A stretch of DNA of 64,000 nucleotides from Phoronis australis (Eukaryota > Animalia > Phoronida), in contig NMRA01000101.1 of NCBI GenBank assembly GCA_002633005.1, positions 620,001-684,000 on the forward strand. Direction: 5' to 3'. Made by a program: the position numbers and the translations under genes. Every line of letters starts with the position of its first letter. Positions within the stretch are counted from its first letter, which is position 1. Shown here piece by piece: positions 25,591 to 37,314 of this stretch. The notes beneath the pieces were generated by a model. That model worked only from the letters and a program-made list of their open reading frames with translations, did not search any database and was not told the origin of the DNA.

Positions 25591-27408
25591 TGTCGATGTT
25601 GTGTTGTCACTTGTATAAATAATAGGTGACGCACCTGAGTTTGTCACTGAAATACCATTTACTAGAGTAATGCCTCTTGCAATTGTCACACTGTTTATAA
25701 ATACAAAGGTCAAGATTACAATTGCTACATACTGTGGTGTTACTGTGTTAAAGGTCCTTGAGCAAAGCTCCACAGTCACTTCTGCATTCATTTGTTTGAG
25801 ATGCACATGTGAGATATGGTATGTAACAATGTTTCCGTTTGTAGAGTCCGCTGTGTATGAAAATTTTCGGTCAAGCCTATTTGTATATGTATTTCCCCAG
25901 TTTTCATGTTCGTTAACAGAGACACGAGGAGTATCCTTGTTGTAAACCTTTAGAGTACATTTTGGCTCAGTGAGTACCAACTTTTGGTTCAGTACAAATG
26001 GAAATGATTCAATGAATTCCAATGCCTCAGAGCCAACACGAACCTTACCCACATCAATCCAGTCAGACTTGGAAGATAGCCATTGTACACATTCCTGGTC
26101 TATAAATGATTGAACTGAACTTAAAATTGCTTCCCAGCTTTCATTATTCCCACATGTGAAATACTTAGATGAAGTTGTACCATTGTGTAAGGAAAATAAA
26201 ATTCTTATTGACCTTTTTAGAAAGGATACTCGCGGTCTTTTTGCAACAATATCTTTTATTTTATCAAAATTGACTTTCTTTAAAAAATGTTTTGGTTCAA
26301 TCATAGATGTAGACATTATGCAAGATGATGATTTGCATTGAACGAAGTCTGTCAGGTCATTATCAATTTTCTTGGTTGTTAGTTTTTGCTGCACTGTAAT
26401 GTCTTTACTGACATTTATGGCTTTCATACTAGTTGGTGAATTAGAATTTCTCCTCTTTGCCTGTTGTTTACCCTTATTTTCCTCAATTGTTTTACCAATT
26501 GTATGTGGCATTACTGGTGTTTGAGTGCTTGGAACACTGCTTGGTGCCCTTGAAGTAGATGGAATTACCGAGTTATTTTTGATGGTGCGTGTTGTGTTGC
26601 TACCCTCTCCCTTTCTATCTAAACTCAGGGAAAGTTTTAGGAAGAGGTTGTCCACAAAAATGTCTTTTTTCACTAGCCAGTTTATTACTACCAAACGACA
26701 ATATTTGGAATGTCCTGAAATATCACGTAAGTACCTCACCTGCCTCACGGTTTCACCTTGGGCAAGTTCGGAAAACACTTTTTTCTTCAAGGCTGCAATC
26801 GCCATCCCCACAACAATAACCGCACCACAGACAGAACCACAGTTTTGTAGAGGATATGATTGAGAACAATATCTGGTACAGGCATGTGATAATTTTCCAT
26901 GGTTATAAACAGTGTCTGAAGGATCGTGAACTAATATAGTTTCAGCAGTCGATTTGCCAAATATATTTAAGAATGTGTCTAGTTGGTATTTGAAATTTTC
27001 TGGAACACCCCATCCATTTGAATCTGCATATGTTAAGACTAGTGAGTGCAAGTCATGTACTGCAAGAGCCCAATGGTTAGCAGAATCACCATTAGCAGCG
27101 GTTTGCAAGTTGGAATCTATGCCAACGTGTACAACAAAAATGAGTTCCCCTTGACAAAGGTCTCCTCTGAATTGTTCAGTAATCTTCTCCTTTAAATTGT
27201 TCAAATCACTAGGAACATTAAATATACAACAAAAGGCATGACTACATTTTTCATTTATCATGTCTGCTAATTTGGAAATGATGAGATCATTCAGCCAGTA
27301 ATCACACATAAGATCAGAAACATCATTAACAAGTAAATTTTCATTATGATTGCGACTACCAAGTTTACTGTTCATAATGTAATCTTCAAAAGACTTTACA
27401 GATGACAC
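25576..27408 (-). CDS. Ulp1/C48-like cysteine protease domain ORF (610 aa open segment of the MULE polyprotein)
   Basis: YWLNDLII, FVVHVG..NHWALAVHDL....YADS and YPLQNCGSVCGAVIV give the His-Asp-Gln-Cys arrangement of Ulp1/SENP proteases. Confidence 0.85.
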   Translation of the reverse strand: MSSVKSFEDYIMNSKLGSRNHNENLLVNDVSDLMCDYWLNDLIISKLADMINEKCSHAFCCIFNVPSDLNNLKEKITEQFRGDLCQGELIFVVHVGIDSNLQTAANGDSANHWALAVHDLHSLVLTYADSNGWGVPENFKYQLDTFLNIFGKSTAETILVHDPSDTVYNHGKLSHACTRYCSQSYPLQNCGSVCGAVIVVGMAIAALKKKVFSELAQGETVRQVRYLRDISGHSKYCRLVVINWLVKKDIFVDNLFLKLSLSLDRKGEGSNTTRTIKNNSVIPSTSRAPSSVPSTQTPVMPHTIGKTIEENKGKQQAKRRNSNSPTSMKAINVSKDITVQQKLTTKKIDNDLTDFVQCKSSSCIMSTSMIEPKHFLKKVNFDKIKDIVAKRPRVSFLKRSIRILFSLHNGTTSSKYFTCGNNESWEAILSSVQSFIDQECVQWLSSKSDWIDVGKVRVGSEALEFIESFPFVLNQKLVLTEPKCTLKVYNKDTPRVSVNEHENWGNTYTNRLDRKFSYTADSTNGNIVTYHISHVHLKQMNAEVTVELCSRTFNTVTPQYVAIVILTFVFINSVTIARGITLVNGISVTNSGASPIIYTSDNTTSTEWQL

Positions 27409-27557
27409 ATCAATAGTTTCTACATACTTCTCTTTCTTGGTGAAGGACTCTATGTCTTGAAACCAAATGTCTTCTTTTTGAACATTAATTTCATCATGAA
27501 AAGGTTATCTAAATACCTTAACCCATTTTTACTAAAAATTCCCATATCATAGTGTAC

Positions 27558-27941
27558 TTAGGTTGCAGTTGGAATTCTTTGTATTATTTTCAATCCTGCT
27601 TCAATTTGACCCTTAGGTGAAATTGTTTGAAGAGATGTTGGATCAGTAAAAATTTGACCGAAAGAAGCAGAAACCCGTGATGAATGCAACACCCCTGGAA
27701 CCTCAATGGTCATGAACTCCCTCCTGTTGAAGACACGAGAAAGAGAAACATACTCACCATACTCACCTTGGTTGTCCTGATCAACATCTTCAACATCAAT
27801 AACTTCCTTACCATCACCACCACCAAACAGTCTTTCTTTTATACCTTGGTCAGCCGTTGCTTGATCCCCCATCATCATGGTATCTTCTCTTTGGCGTACA
27901 AACTTTGTGACAGCCCAGAACACAAGTACTGCTGATGTCAA
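27558..27941 (-). pseudogene. Unnamed conserved domain upstream of Ulp1 (copy 1)
   Basis: GEYGEYVSLSRVFNRREF..FTDPTSLQTISPKGQIEAGLKII; homologous to 41489-41782. Confidence 0.7.
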
Positions 27942-28702
27942 ACAATCCAGTAGTAGATGGTCTTGTTCAATACGCTGCCAACAAAAGTGGTAACTTCAAA
28001 AGATCTATTCAACATAACGAAAAGTAAGCAGGAGTCATTATAAGGTGAAACCTCAACAAGTGCAATCCATTTTAGGTTGCTGCTTTGTGTAACTCAGTCA
28101 CTCATAGTACCAATTTTCCAGAAGAGGATAAAATCCTACCGTTTGAAAACAAAATCCTATCATTGTTTTTGGTTTTGATACATTAATGATACAAATGGAA
28201 AGTTTAAGTGAAATTTAAATTAACCAAGCTACTTTCAAGAAATATGTAGCGTCAATACTAGTAGGCAAGATCCAGATTTTAAATCTGAGTAGACCTGGAG
28301 GTAAAAAAAAATGCCACATAGGTATTCAATATCCAAAAAACTGTGGGTAAAAAATGCATCAATTACAAATTATTAAAATTTTACATAATGCTCCAGTCGC
28401 AGGTGTTGCATTAACTCTTCTGCCGATGCTGCTTCGATACACGTTTTACAGTCACTGGTAAATGCAACTTGAGGGCGACGAGGTCTCTTATGAGTCATGG
28501 TAATTGGTGATACCTCCTCAGCTGCAGGTTGTGGTTCAGCTTGCACTGGATGCACTGCATGGTCATTCTGAAATATAGATAATGCAAAATCTTACTACAA
28601 CGCAGAAGGTAAATTTCTAGGGGTTTAGTCAGGTTAACAAATGGCCACACTAAGAAGCACAAAACTTGGTTAATATGTCCCAAAATCAGTAATGTACACT
28701 AT

Positions 28703-28721
28703 GTGTGTGTGTGTGTGTGTG
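28703..28721. repeat. (GT)n microsatellite
   Basis: TGTGTGTGTGTGTGTGTGC. Confidence 0.9.
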
Positions 28722-30397
28722 CGCATTAAGTGTCCTATGCTGATTAACAATTGTGGTTTTGAAGTGTATTTTCTTCTCTACAGAGATCGTTCCTCTCATC
28801 AGTCAAATTAGCAGTTTACCAGCCTTTCCAAAACCTAATTTATGTACCCCAATTATACGTCCATCAGGAAGATGAATAAGGATGCCATCCACTGTGGCAT
28901 GAGTCAGTGGTCGAAGGCATTCTGTAGGCTTTTTGCGCTGTCTTTTTATCTTTTGGGATTTGCTGAGTCTTGTCTTCACAGTTGTTTTTGGCCGCTTCTT
29001 CTTCAAAGGCATATGAGTCTCGAGAGCAGGTGGAGTTAAAGGTACTCTCATGGCAGTCCATGATGTTGATCCAATAAACAGAGAATTCTGAATACAAAAA
29101 AAATACTAAGAGCCTCAAGTATTTTTGACTAACCAGTTACATGATGTCTCAACGTTATCAAACAATCTTAGACACCGACACGTTTCCCCACAGACAGAAG
29201 GGGAGAGGCTGTCAGTAATGTACTGCAATCTAATATTTTTGTTGTCTACCATTCTACAGTAAATAAATTACACAACCACTGTCTTGATCTAACTAGTTCA
29301 CGTCAGTCAAGAAGTAACTGCTGCTAAGCATAAATGAAATGAAACTTTTAACAAGAACACCAATGTCAGGCAAACTTTAGACATAGACAAGGGTTTGATT
29401 GGTTCTGCCACATCAACCAATAAATGAAACTGATTAAGTTCTTGATGAAAACTTACAACTGACACCATACCAATTACAGACAGATAAATAATAGGAAAAA
29501 TGTAAGCAGTCGTACCCCAACTACTCTAGAGTTAGGGAAAAGTTCAGAGAGATCCTTCTTGGTCTTGCTGACAGCAACGTCTTGAACTATAAAATCAAAA
29601 TATGGTTACGATCAATGCACACATAATTATATTGACTGCTATAGAGACCAGTTTCAGGCAAGATTACTTTCCGTCACCATGAGAATCGCCATTATATATC
29701 TAAATTTGTTTCATTTTATGAGCACTGATTCTTGCTTCTATCCTTATTTTGGTCCAGTTAGATTTACCTGTTTTGATGTAGTGTCACTGTCTGTTCATTT
29801 TGTAATGTCTAAGGCTTCCATATAGCCTGCTTTATCAGATAACTACATGTGTGTGAATGAGAAGTGACATTCCACAGCCTGCTTGGTCAATATTACCATA
29901 TACCAAAAATGATGATACTGCAATTCACCCAACCACAGGATAAAACAGTAGTTGTTGGAATATTATGCTGTAATTGTTGACTTTATTTCTGATGTGAAAA
30001 CCAACCTTGATTATCAATGTTGGGTTTCAAACCCCGAAACTGATAATTGTCAATGCTCTGATTCTTATTAGATGTGATGAAAATTTTCAAACGACTTCAA
30101 ACTGCAATATACCATACACTGTTTCTGGAACAACTTGATGCTTCACAGCATCTGCATACTTCGTTGATGTTTTTCCTTGCAGTGGAATGCTAAAAAGAAA
30201 GCATGAGGTTAATGTTTTATGAGACCCAAAATGGCAAACTAAATTCGTTATACCAAATTTTTTTGTTCTTCTTTGATCAAGAACATGTATTACTACACTT
30301 TTTCACTGACAAAGAAATTCAACACTGCTGTTTTTCAAATTGAAAATTGAGCTGGAAACTAGCACACGTCCAAATAAAAGTGAAACAAGAATACTCA

Positions 30398-33196
30398 CTA
30401 ATTATCAGAGAGTGGTGGAAGTTCTTCCTCTGTCCACATGTAAAATTTGCCGTCTTTTCCTAAAGTCTCACTCACAGTAGTCTTCAAAAACCGATGTAGA
30501 AGTATGTTCCCTTCCCTAGATGGATGAAGTCCGTCCTCTCTGAAAGGTAATAACGAATGTGTTAGGCAAATAGGACAGATTTGTATTGACATGAGTGAAT
30601 AGCACAGTGGAAATGCGGACATGATTGATGCATTTCAAATCTCTAAGATATGAAGGGAGTGAACCATTTTCAAGTGTTAGTACCTGCAAGCCTTTTTTAA
30701 AGTACAGTCAACATCAAAGAATAAGTGCAAACAAAAACAATATTTCAAATCTTAAAAGCAGGAACTGGATGAAAAAATCATAGTCCTAACAACATCAACA
30801 CCAAGGAAAATATGATGAGTTTTGGAATGCAACCCACAACGTAAAAGGCAAAAAATTCCAGGGCTGTACCCATTAAAACCATTTGCAATACATATTATGC
30901 AGCCACGCAGGACTTACACATGATTCTCGTTTTAGTACGAATTACCTTGAAAAAAGTTGAGGAAGTCGATATCTATCGAAGCATGCCGTGTAATTCACGT
31001 AGTACAAGTTGTCGTCTGTCAGTGTCATCTTCCTAACCAGTGGCTCCAGATGGTTTTGGTTTTATGTGTATACTGCAGCTGCATGCCTTTTAAAATGTAC
31101 GTGAAGAAACAGGCTATACATGTACAAACTAAGACACAATTTAAGCAAAATGACACTATCAATTCAAAACAAACGCAATAAGTGAACGGGAAAACTCAGA
31201 AAACACTAGCAAAATGAAAAATTGCGTATCGAGAATGTTGTGAACTAGAATGGAGATTGTGAAACTTAAAACAATAAGTCACTGAAGCTTAAGCTATGCA
31301 AGGAATTGATCAGGCAGCGGGCTACTGGTAGATTATGTGTTATCATGCATGCTTATGAATACAAAATAACTATATCCTATCTTGAATGCACTGTGAAAAA
31401 GGACTTTTCCTGTTGAAATAAAGTACTCTGGATGAAATGGAAGAGCAGATGTGGTAACTGCAACTCAGTGTACACGATGACTTTCATGTCCAAAATCTTG
31501 TAACTTGACTGCTCTGGGACTGCTTACCCAAATCAAAGGTGATTTCAAAGTCTTCAAGAAACGTCTTGGAAGTTCAAGTGTTCAAAATGTGATTATATTC
31601 CACTAGAGATTGTGCACATAAAGAGGATTGTGGATCTTCAGTGAAATACATACTTTCCAGAATTTGAATCTGAATTTGACGGTGTGCCTCAAGCTCGCAC
31701 GCGTATGTATGTGGAATCATGCAGGTTATTAGCAAAAGGAGAACCCACACCGGATGAAGGAGTTAATTGAAAGCAAGAAGTTTAAGGATAGGCACAGCAT
31801 GCAGTGTGGTATAGTAAAGCACTAGCAGGTATTCATTCAGTCACACAAAACTTTACCTGACTGTCAGCTGTAAAACGAACGAACAGTTACATGTTATTAG
31901 TCAGTATTTGCTGCATTGACCAATTATCAACAAAATACTGTACCTTTACATGAAACGTACTGGCAAATACCATTTAATGACATACATTGTAAATGTGTAG
32001 GTAAAAATTTGATTTCATTGTAGAACTGCTTTACAAAGAACCGGTTTCCCTAAGTCCATTAATAGTGTGATATTAAATAATTATAAAGGTAACCCAATTA
32101 AATCAAAAGTGTCCTTCAAATAGACACTTATCCTAGAACAAGTAGCTGCTGGAATGAGTTGTGTATATATTTTAGGGCTCCATGGACACTATTCAAACTA
32201 GTGCAACTAGTGACAACTTACTCGGATTTTGAGGTAGGATACTTTGTTCTAGGGTACCTTGTGCCACTTCTAAATTCTTGAGTGATAGCAAATCTGGGAC
32301 AAGATGGAAGTAATTATCATGTGCGATTGCATACAGACGGGTTTTCTTTTGTGTCCAATATTTGGATCAACTGCTCACTGTCATGCACACAGCGACAACT
32401 TATGTCTACCCTAGTAATTGGATGTGTGTGTGGGTGTGTGTGACCACTGCACTTAAAATTGAGGTAAGTTGCACTTGCTGCTGTGTGGACGAGACTACAA
32501 TGTTCATCGACAGAAGTATCATTGTGGTATTGGGATATTTCTGCAAAGACAACATGGCAATACTGATGACAAAGCAAATGTATTTCCCGGAGCACCACTT
32601 AATAAATTCAATTACTTACTTATCCAAGCGGGGCAGAAGGGATGATACAAATATCGGTCCGTCAAATATTTGTCTTGTCTTGTAAATGTAGATCCATGCT
32701 TGATGGTCGCGTGCAGTCGTCATCAGGTGGTGTCTCTTCGTTATATCATTTGTTCCCGCATGCAGAATTACCGCATAGTACTTTCCTGAGATGTTCATTT
32801 CTAACAGCGAATGAAAAGAGAAATCACTTTGTTAACAAACTTCAGTTAACTTTTGAAAAGCGTGAAATAAAGAATTCCAAAGCCCACGAACTTGATCAGT
32901 GACTTTACTTCATTAAAGAATGACTCCTCAAGTTACTCATAGTTTTCTTATGTTACATGTATGTGCTGGTAATGAAAATAATGTTCCATATTAGAAAGAA
33001 AGAGTTTTACAGAAATAAAAGGCAATATTTAGTTTCATTTCCGGGTTTAAGGATGAAATGTACCTTACTGTACTGTAGTGTTAAACTTACCATCCAAGCA
33101 AAAGCTTACACATTGTCCACTATACACTTCCAAGTCGATGCTGATGGTTCTGTCACTCTTGATGTACTTGAAAATACTATCTGTGATCACCTTAAC
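30398..33196 (-). pseudogene. Spliced SGNH/GDSL hydrolase carried by the MULE (exons about 33196-33091, 32800-32620, 31072-30946, 30540-30398)
   Basis: Block I VITDSIFKY, block II YSG, block III VILHAGTND, SSLLPR, block V FSR|EDGLHP. Introns are GT-AG and the exon 1/2 and 3/4 phases join; one frameshift is needed at exon 3. Confidence 0.8.
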
Positions 33197-34744
33197 CTGG
33201 AATAAATATTTAACTGTTTGTAATACAATCAGTTGTTTCTGTGACAAAGTAATAACATTTCACAAAATTTACAACAGTGTAACTGAAAACCATTCATTGT
33301 TCCAAGCTATCATGTAAAAACTAATGATAATTTAACAAATAGAAGTCTCTCGGCTCTGTGCTATTACACTGTGGTATAGATGTAAATATTTGTATATTAA
33401 GTCCCATTGTGAAACTATCACTTGAGCTAATGTTGACTAGTTAAATCTGAAACACAAACTTAAATAAATTTTACTAATGGTAGTCCACTGTTATCAAAAT
33501 TCCAGTACAACCTGTGTATGGACTGTAAAATACTGTGGCCGATTATGTCATGTAAGCTTATCACTGACAGATTGTCAGTTCCTTACAAGATCAAAGGACA
33601 GGCAATAAGTGGCCGAAATCACAATTAGTTTTTTTCAACAAAGCCCAGACTTGGTAAGAGAAGGTATAGGTAAAGCGTATATTATAAATCAGGGTGTGGG
33701 TAGATACAACAAAAGAAACATTAGCACAAATGCTAATAACACATGTAGATAATTATTTTTACATAGAGGTATAGAAGAAGATATAGTCAAAACCCAAATG
33801 GTTGTAAACATGCTTGTGGAGATTTGTATGAGTCTCTGTTAGTTAGCACACTTCACTTGCAGGTTTCATCGGAGTCACGGTTCGTATCTCTGTGTTTGGG
33901 TAAACTTGGCTATAGCTATACAATTGCCAACATGATGCAAAAGACATGACATGACATCGAAACAGTTCTGGCGCTCACAGTTTTTTCTCAGAAAAGTCGA
34001 AACCACCGCAGTTGAGGTTAGCCATAAAGTACAGAATTGTCGCAGGTCAAACGTCTGGAAGTCTAAAACTGAATTTACATGTATGAGTAACTAGAACATT
34101 TATATATTATGAAAACTAACACCTAACGAACGGTTACCAAGGTAACAAAACAATTTTCTACTCTAGACCTGTAAACACGGAGCTGCAAACTAACGATAAA
34201 TGACATATTAAGCACTACTTAGTAGTTATGGCTATACAAATGTAATCTTGAACACTTTAACAATTAGAAGCAATCGCTAAATTTGTAACAAGACGCGATG
34301 CAGTTAAATGTCGCTTGTAAATTCTCTTTCGATCGCAGTGTTTCTGTATCAGCAAATGCCGGAATCCGTAGGAGGTCAAAGAGCTACATCCGGTAAAATG
34401 CTATCTGGTCGCTAGATGTCGCGAGAGTAAAAAAGGTTATTTTGCGACTGGGTCGTGTTTGCGAACAGCACACAGAATTCCGTATGCCAGCATCAATGCG
34501 CATGCTTTGTCGGAAGTTTATCGATCACTCTCCACAACTTGCCCACGCCTTCTATGCACTACTTGTTTGGGCTTAGCTACGGGATCGGGGTTTTCTGTAT
34601 TTTGTTTTCTTCGATTACTGCCCGTTTTAATAAATTACAACTTCAAGTCAAAGGTGGTCGCCTATAGACCTGATTCAGGCGGCAGACATTAAAGTCCAAA
34701 GCGAGGCTCACTGCAATAAACAAAGCGGAAGTTGGCATTGCGTG

Positions 34745-36670
34745 AGTGAAGTAGTTGGTCCTTCGAGTCCAACCTGGACATTGAGTTTTAGAAATATTCC
34801 AATAATGAACCGCGGAGACGTCTAAAATACGTTAGAGGGCAACTCTGTGCCTCAAAAAGTTGTCTGACGAAAGGTTATACGTTTTTTTCCGAAAACTACA
34901 TTGGAAACATGAAAGGTAAATATTACTTAATTGCGGCGATCGTGTTACGCTGTTACGGATTTCCGTATACGCTGAATGTACTGTTACGCTTCTTCTTATA
35001 AATTGTTGATAACTTACCAGTTCATCTGTTCATATTTTTGACGAGTTGAAGGTACATTTTGCGGTTATGTGCAATTTACATTTGGTTTAATTTGTTGATC
35101 AAGGATATCAGCATCGCGAATGGTCTAGGCCTTGGTACTGTGGAACTAAGCCCTACATGCTAATCAATTACTTTTTAATAGTGGCGGAACTATCAAAACT
35201 CATTTAACCCTTGCCATTATAAAGTTTTTCATTTTAAGATGGACAACTTCATATCTTCTAAATATATTTCTTACAGTAAAGGAAAACAATGGTGGTTGTG
35301 ATGTGAAGGCAACATGTCATGCTTCATATTCTAAAAAAGTGATCCAAAACGTAAACGAATGTCACTATGTTCGTGTATTGTGATTGCTTAAGCCAGGCAT
35401 TAGTTTTTAACACAAAATTATTACAGTATTCACAACTTACCGTCCACATGAATAAATCCAGTCCCTTACCTTGGGGTCACTTTTACCACTACTTTATCAT
35501 GGAATGCTCACATAGACACAATCCCCTCCAAGGAAAACTGAACTCCCTGCTACACCTCACTAGGGAGGCCCAAACTTAAATATTGCTCCTCTTTCTGGGA
35601 TCCCTTCACATGCTTCAATATTGAAAAGATAAAAAGAATGCAATGGTCAGGTTCGTGTTTAATGATAAAACCATATATTGCTCTGTAATTCTGTCTATGC
35701 TTACCAATCTCAAATGACCCACTCTCCAGGAATGATGTGCTCAAAACAAAACTGTTTCTCATGTACAAGACTGTACACAACCTGGTTGCCACACATACAA
35801 CCTTCCACGCCTACATATTTCTATTTCATGTTTTTCCCACTCTCATATCTTTGAGAGGTCAGTTACCCGCACTGCATACTATTCTTCCCATTTACTGTTT
35901 CACTTTGGAATAGACTCGCACAACAAGCCATTTCATCAGAAACGATACTGATGTCGCATCTTGAACATCAACCTTACTCAGTAAATAGTAAACCTTGTTT
36001 TTATTCTGGCAATAACCAGCACTTTGTTTTGTTATTTTCAGTTACGAGAAATTCAAATTTATTCACTAACATGCGCTAACATATAAGAATCGTTACTTTA
36101 ATCGCTTGTTGAACTGCGGAAGAAGACAAAGAAAAAGAAGAGTAAAAGATTGGTCATCACCTTTATCTGGGATTGTGAACTGCCTTTTTTCGTATGGGAT
36201 AGACACAGTCCCACAGCATATTGCAAGAAATATTAAAACAGTTGTAAACATATTGAAGTATGTTAGGAGCACACTGACAATTAGAATGAAATTCATTTGC
36301 GAGATATTTCGAACAACAATCCATCGTCGTGAGTACAGTCCTAACTTACTTTATTTTGAGTGTGCCACGGTGGATTAGCTTTCATCACTATAATGGTTGT
36401 CAACAGTTTTAAAATGAGACTTATTTAAGATGCTCTTATTCTCAGTTTGACAGTCAAAATGACCACGAAAGGTTTGGAGGTCATTCATCTACATGTAAGG
36501 CAGGACAGGGCTTTTGTAACCATGAGACAGCCCTGTTATACCAGATTGCCCACTACCAGAAGTTGAAACTCAAGAGCATACCACCAATTGTCACTAAAAC
36601 ATCTTTGCCTCAGAAGTGGCATATCCCACGGTCACAGGGCATTTCACCCCAGCTTGTTAGTGAATCAGTG
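34745..36670 (+). pseudogene. ISL2EU second gene, N-terminal SWIM-type part (YqaJ nuclease domain not present)
   Basis: Exons LTKGYTFF/ENYI, VKATCHASYSKK and TCKAGQGFCNHETALLYQIAHY..TKTSLPQKWHIPR. Confidence 0.7.
35700..36255 (-). pseudogene. Possible small secreted Cys-rich cargo gene nested antisense in an intron
   Basis: MFTTVLIFLAICCGTVSIPYEKRQFTIPDK, then CSRCD..ACCASL..QCG*..GCMCGNQ..QFCFEH with stops. Confidence 0.35.
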
Positions 36671-37283
36671 ACGTCACAGGTTCTGACAGTCTGCTCAACA
36701 GTTCACAAGACACTTACTGGTGTCAGCGTATTGTGTGAATTCATCGTTTTGCATCAGTAAATCATCAACATTCGATGTACAGTGTAATCCCCTTACAAAT
36801 CCATCGAGTTTTTTAAATTCAGTTGTTTTATGACGCTGTTCTGTTCAGTGATAAATTAGAAATATTCTTTCGAAGAACATGGCCGTGTGATTTTAGACTT
36901 GCAATTTGATATCAGTTCTAAATTCAAAGCGCCCATTATAATTCTGTGGCTTAGAACTCGATCCGGCCCGTCGACGTCCGGACTGGAGACATTACGAACA
37001 TGAACTAGCCGGGTTAGTCGGCTGCCAAAGTTGAAAACTAAACTTCTAGTCACGAGAGAACTAGACTAGTGAACCAGAGAAATAATGTGCACGGGAGTGT
37101 TTTGATGAATTCGCCGCGAAGGCATGTTTCACTTCCACAGTACCGCACAGGGAAATGGTTTGCAATAACATCTAAATAAAAATTCCTCTAACATCTGACG
37201 ATAGTATATTAAATACAAGTTGATGTGGATATAGACGGATTAAGACAGTAACAAAAACTAATCAAATCGGGTGGCATTCTCTT
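36670..37283 (+). mobile_element. Kolobok fragment (left end missing) inside ISL2EU
   Basis: Similar to 21780-22500; ends AAATCGGGTGGCATTCTCTT|TTAA. Confidence 0.7.
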
Positions 37284-37314
37284 TTAAGGCTATTCTTAGG
37301 ATATTTTCAAATCA

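Larger units (their letters stand above)
19363..34462 (-). mobile_element. 15.1 kb Mutator/MULE-superfamily DNA transposon with multi-domain cargo (decayed)
   Basis: ~65 bp TIR GCAAACRCGACCCAGTCGCAAAATAACC..TTTTTACTCTCGCGACATCTAGCGACCAGATAGC at both ends; 9 bp TSD GAACGGCAC (19354-19362) / GAACAGCAC (34463-34471); internal MULE transposase motifs. Confidence 0.88.

Noticed and set aside
19363-34462. Alternative classification as Zisupton/KDZ (also SWIM and Ulp1 associated)
   Set aside because: The 9 bp TSD, G-start TIRs and D..D..TxxxxE spacing followed by SWIM fit MULE better; no KDZ motifs were seen.
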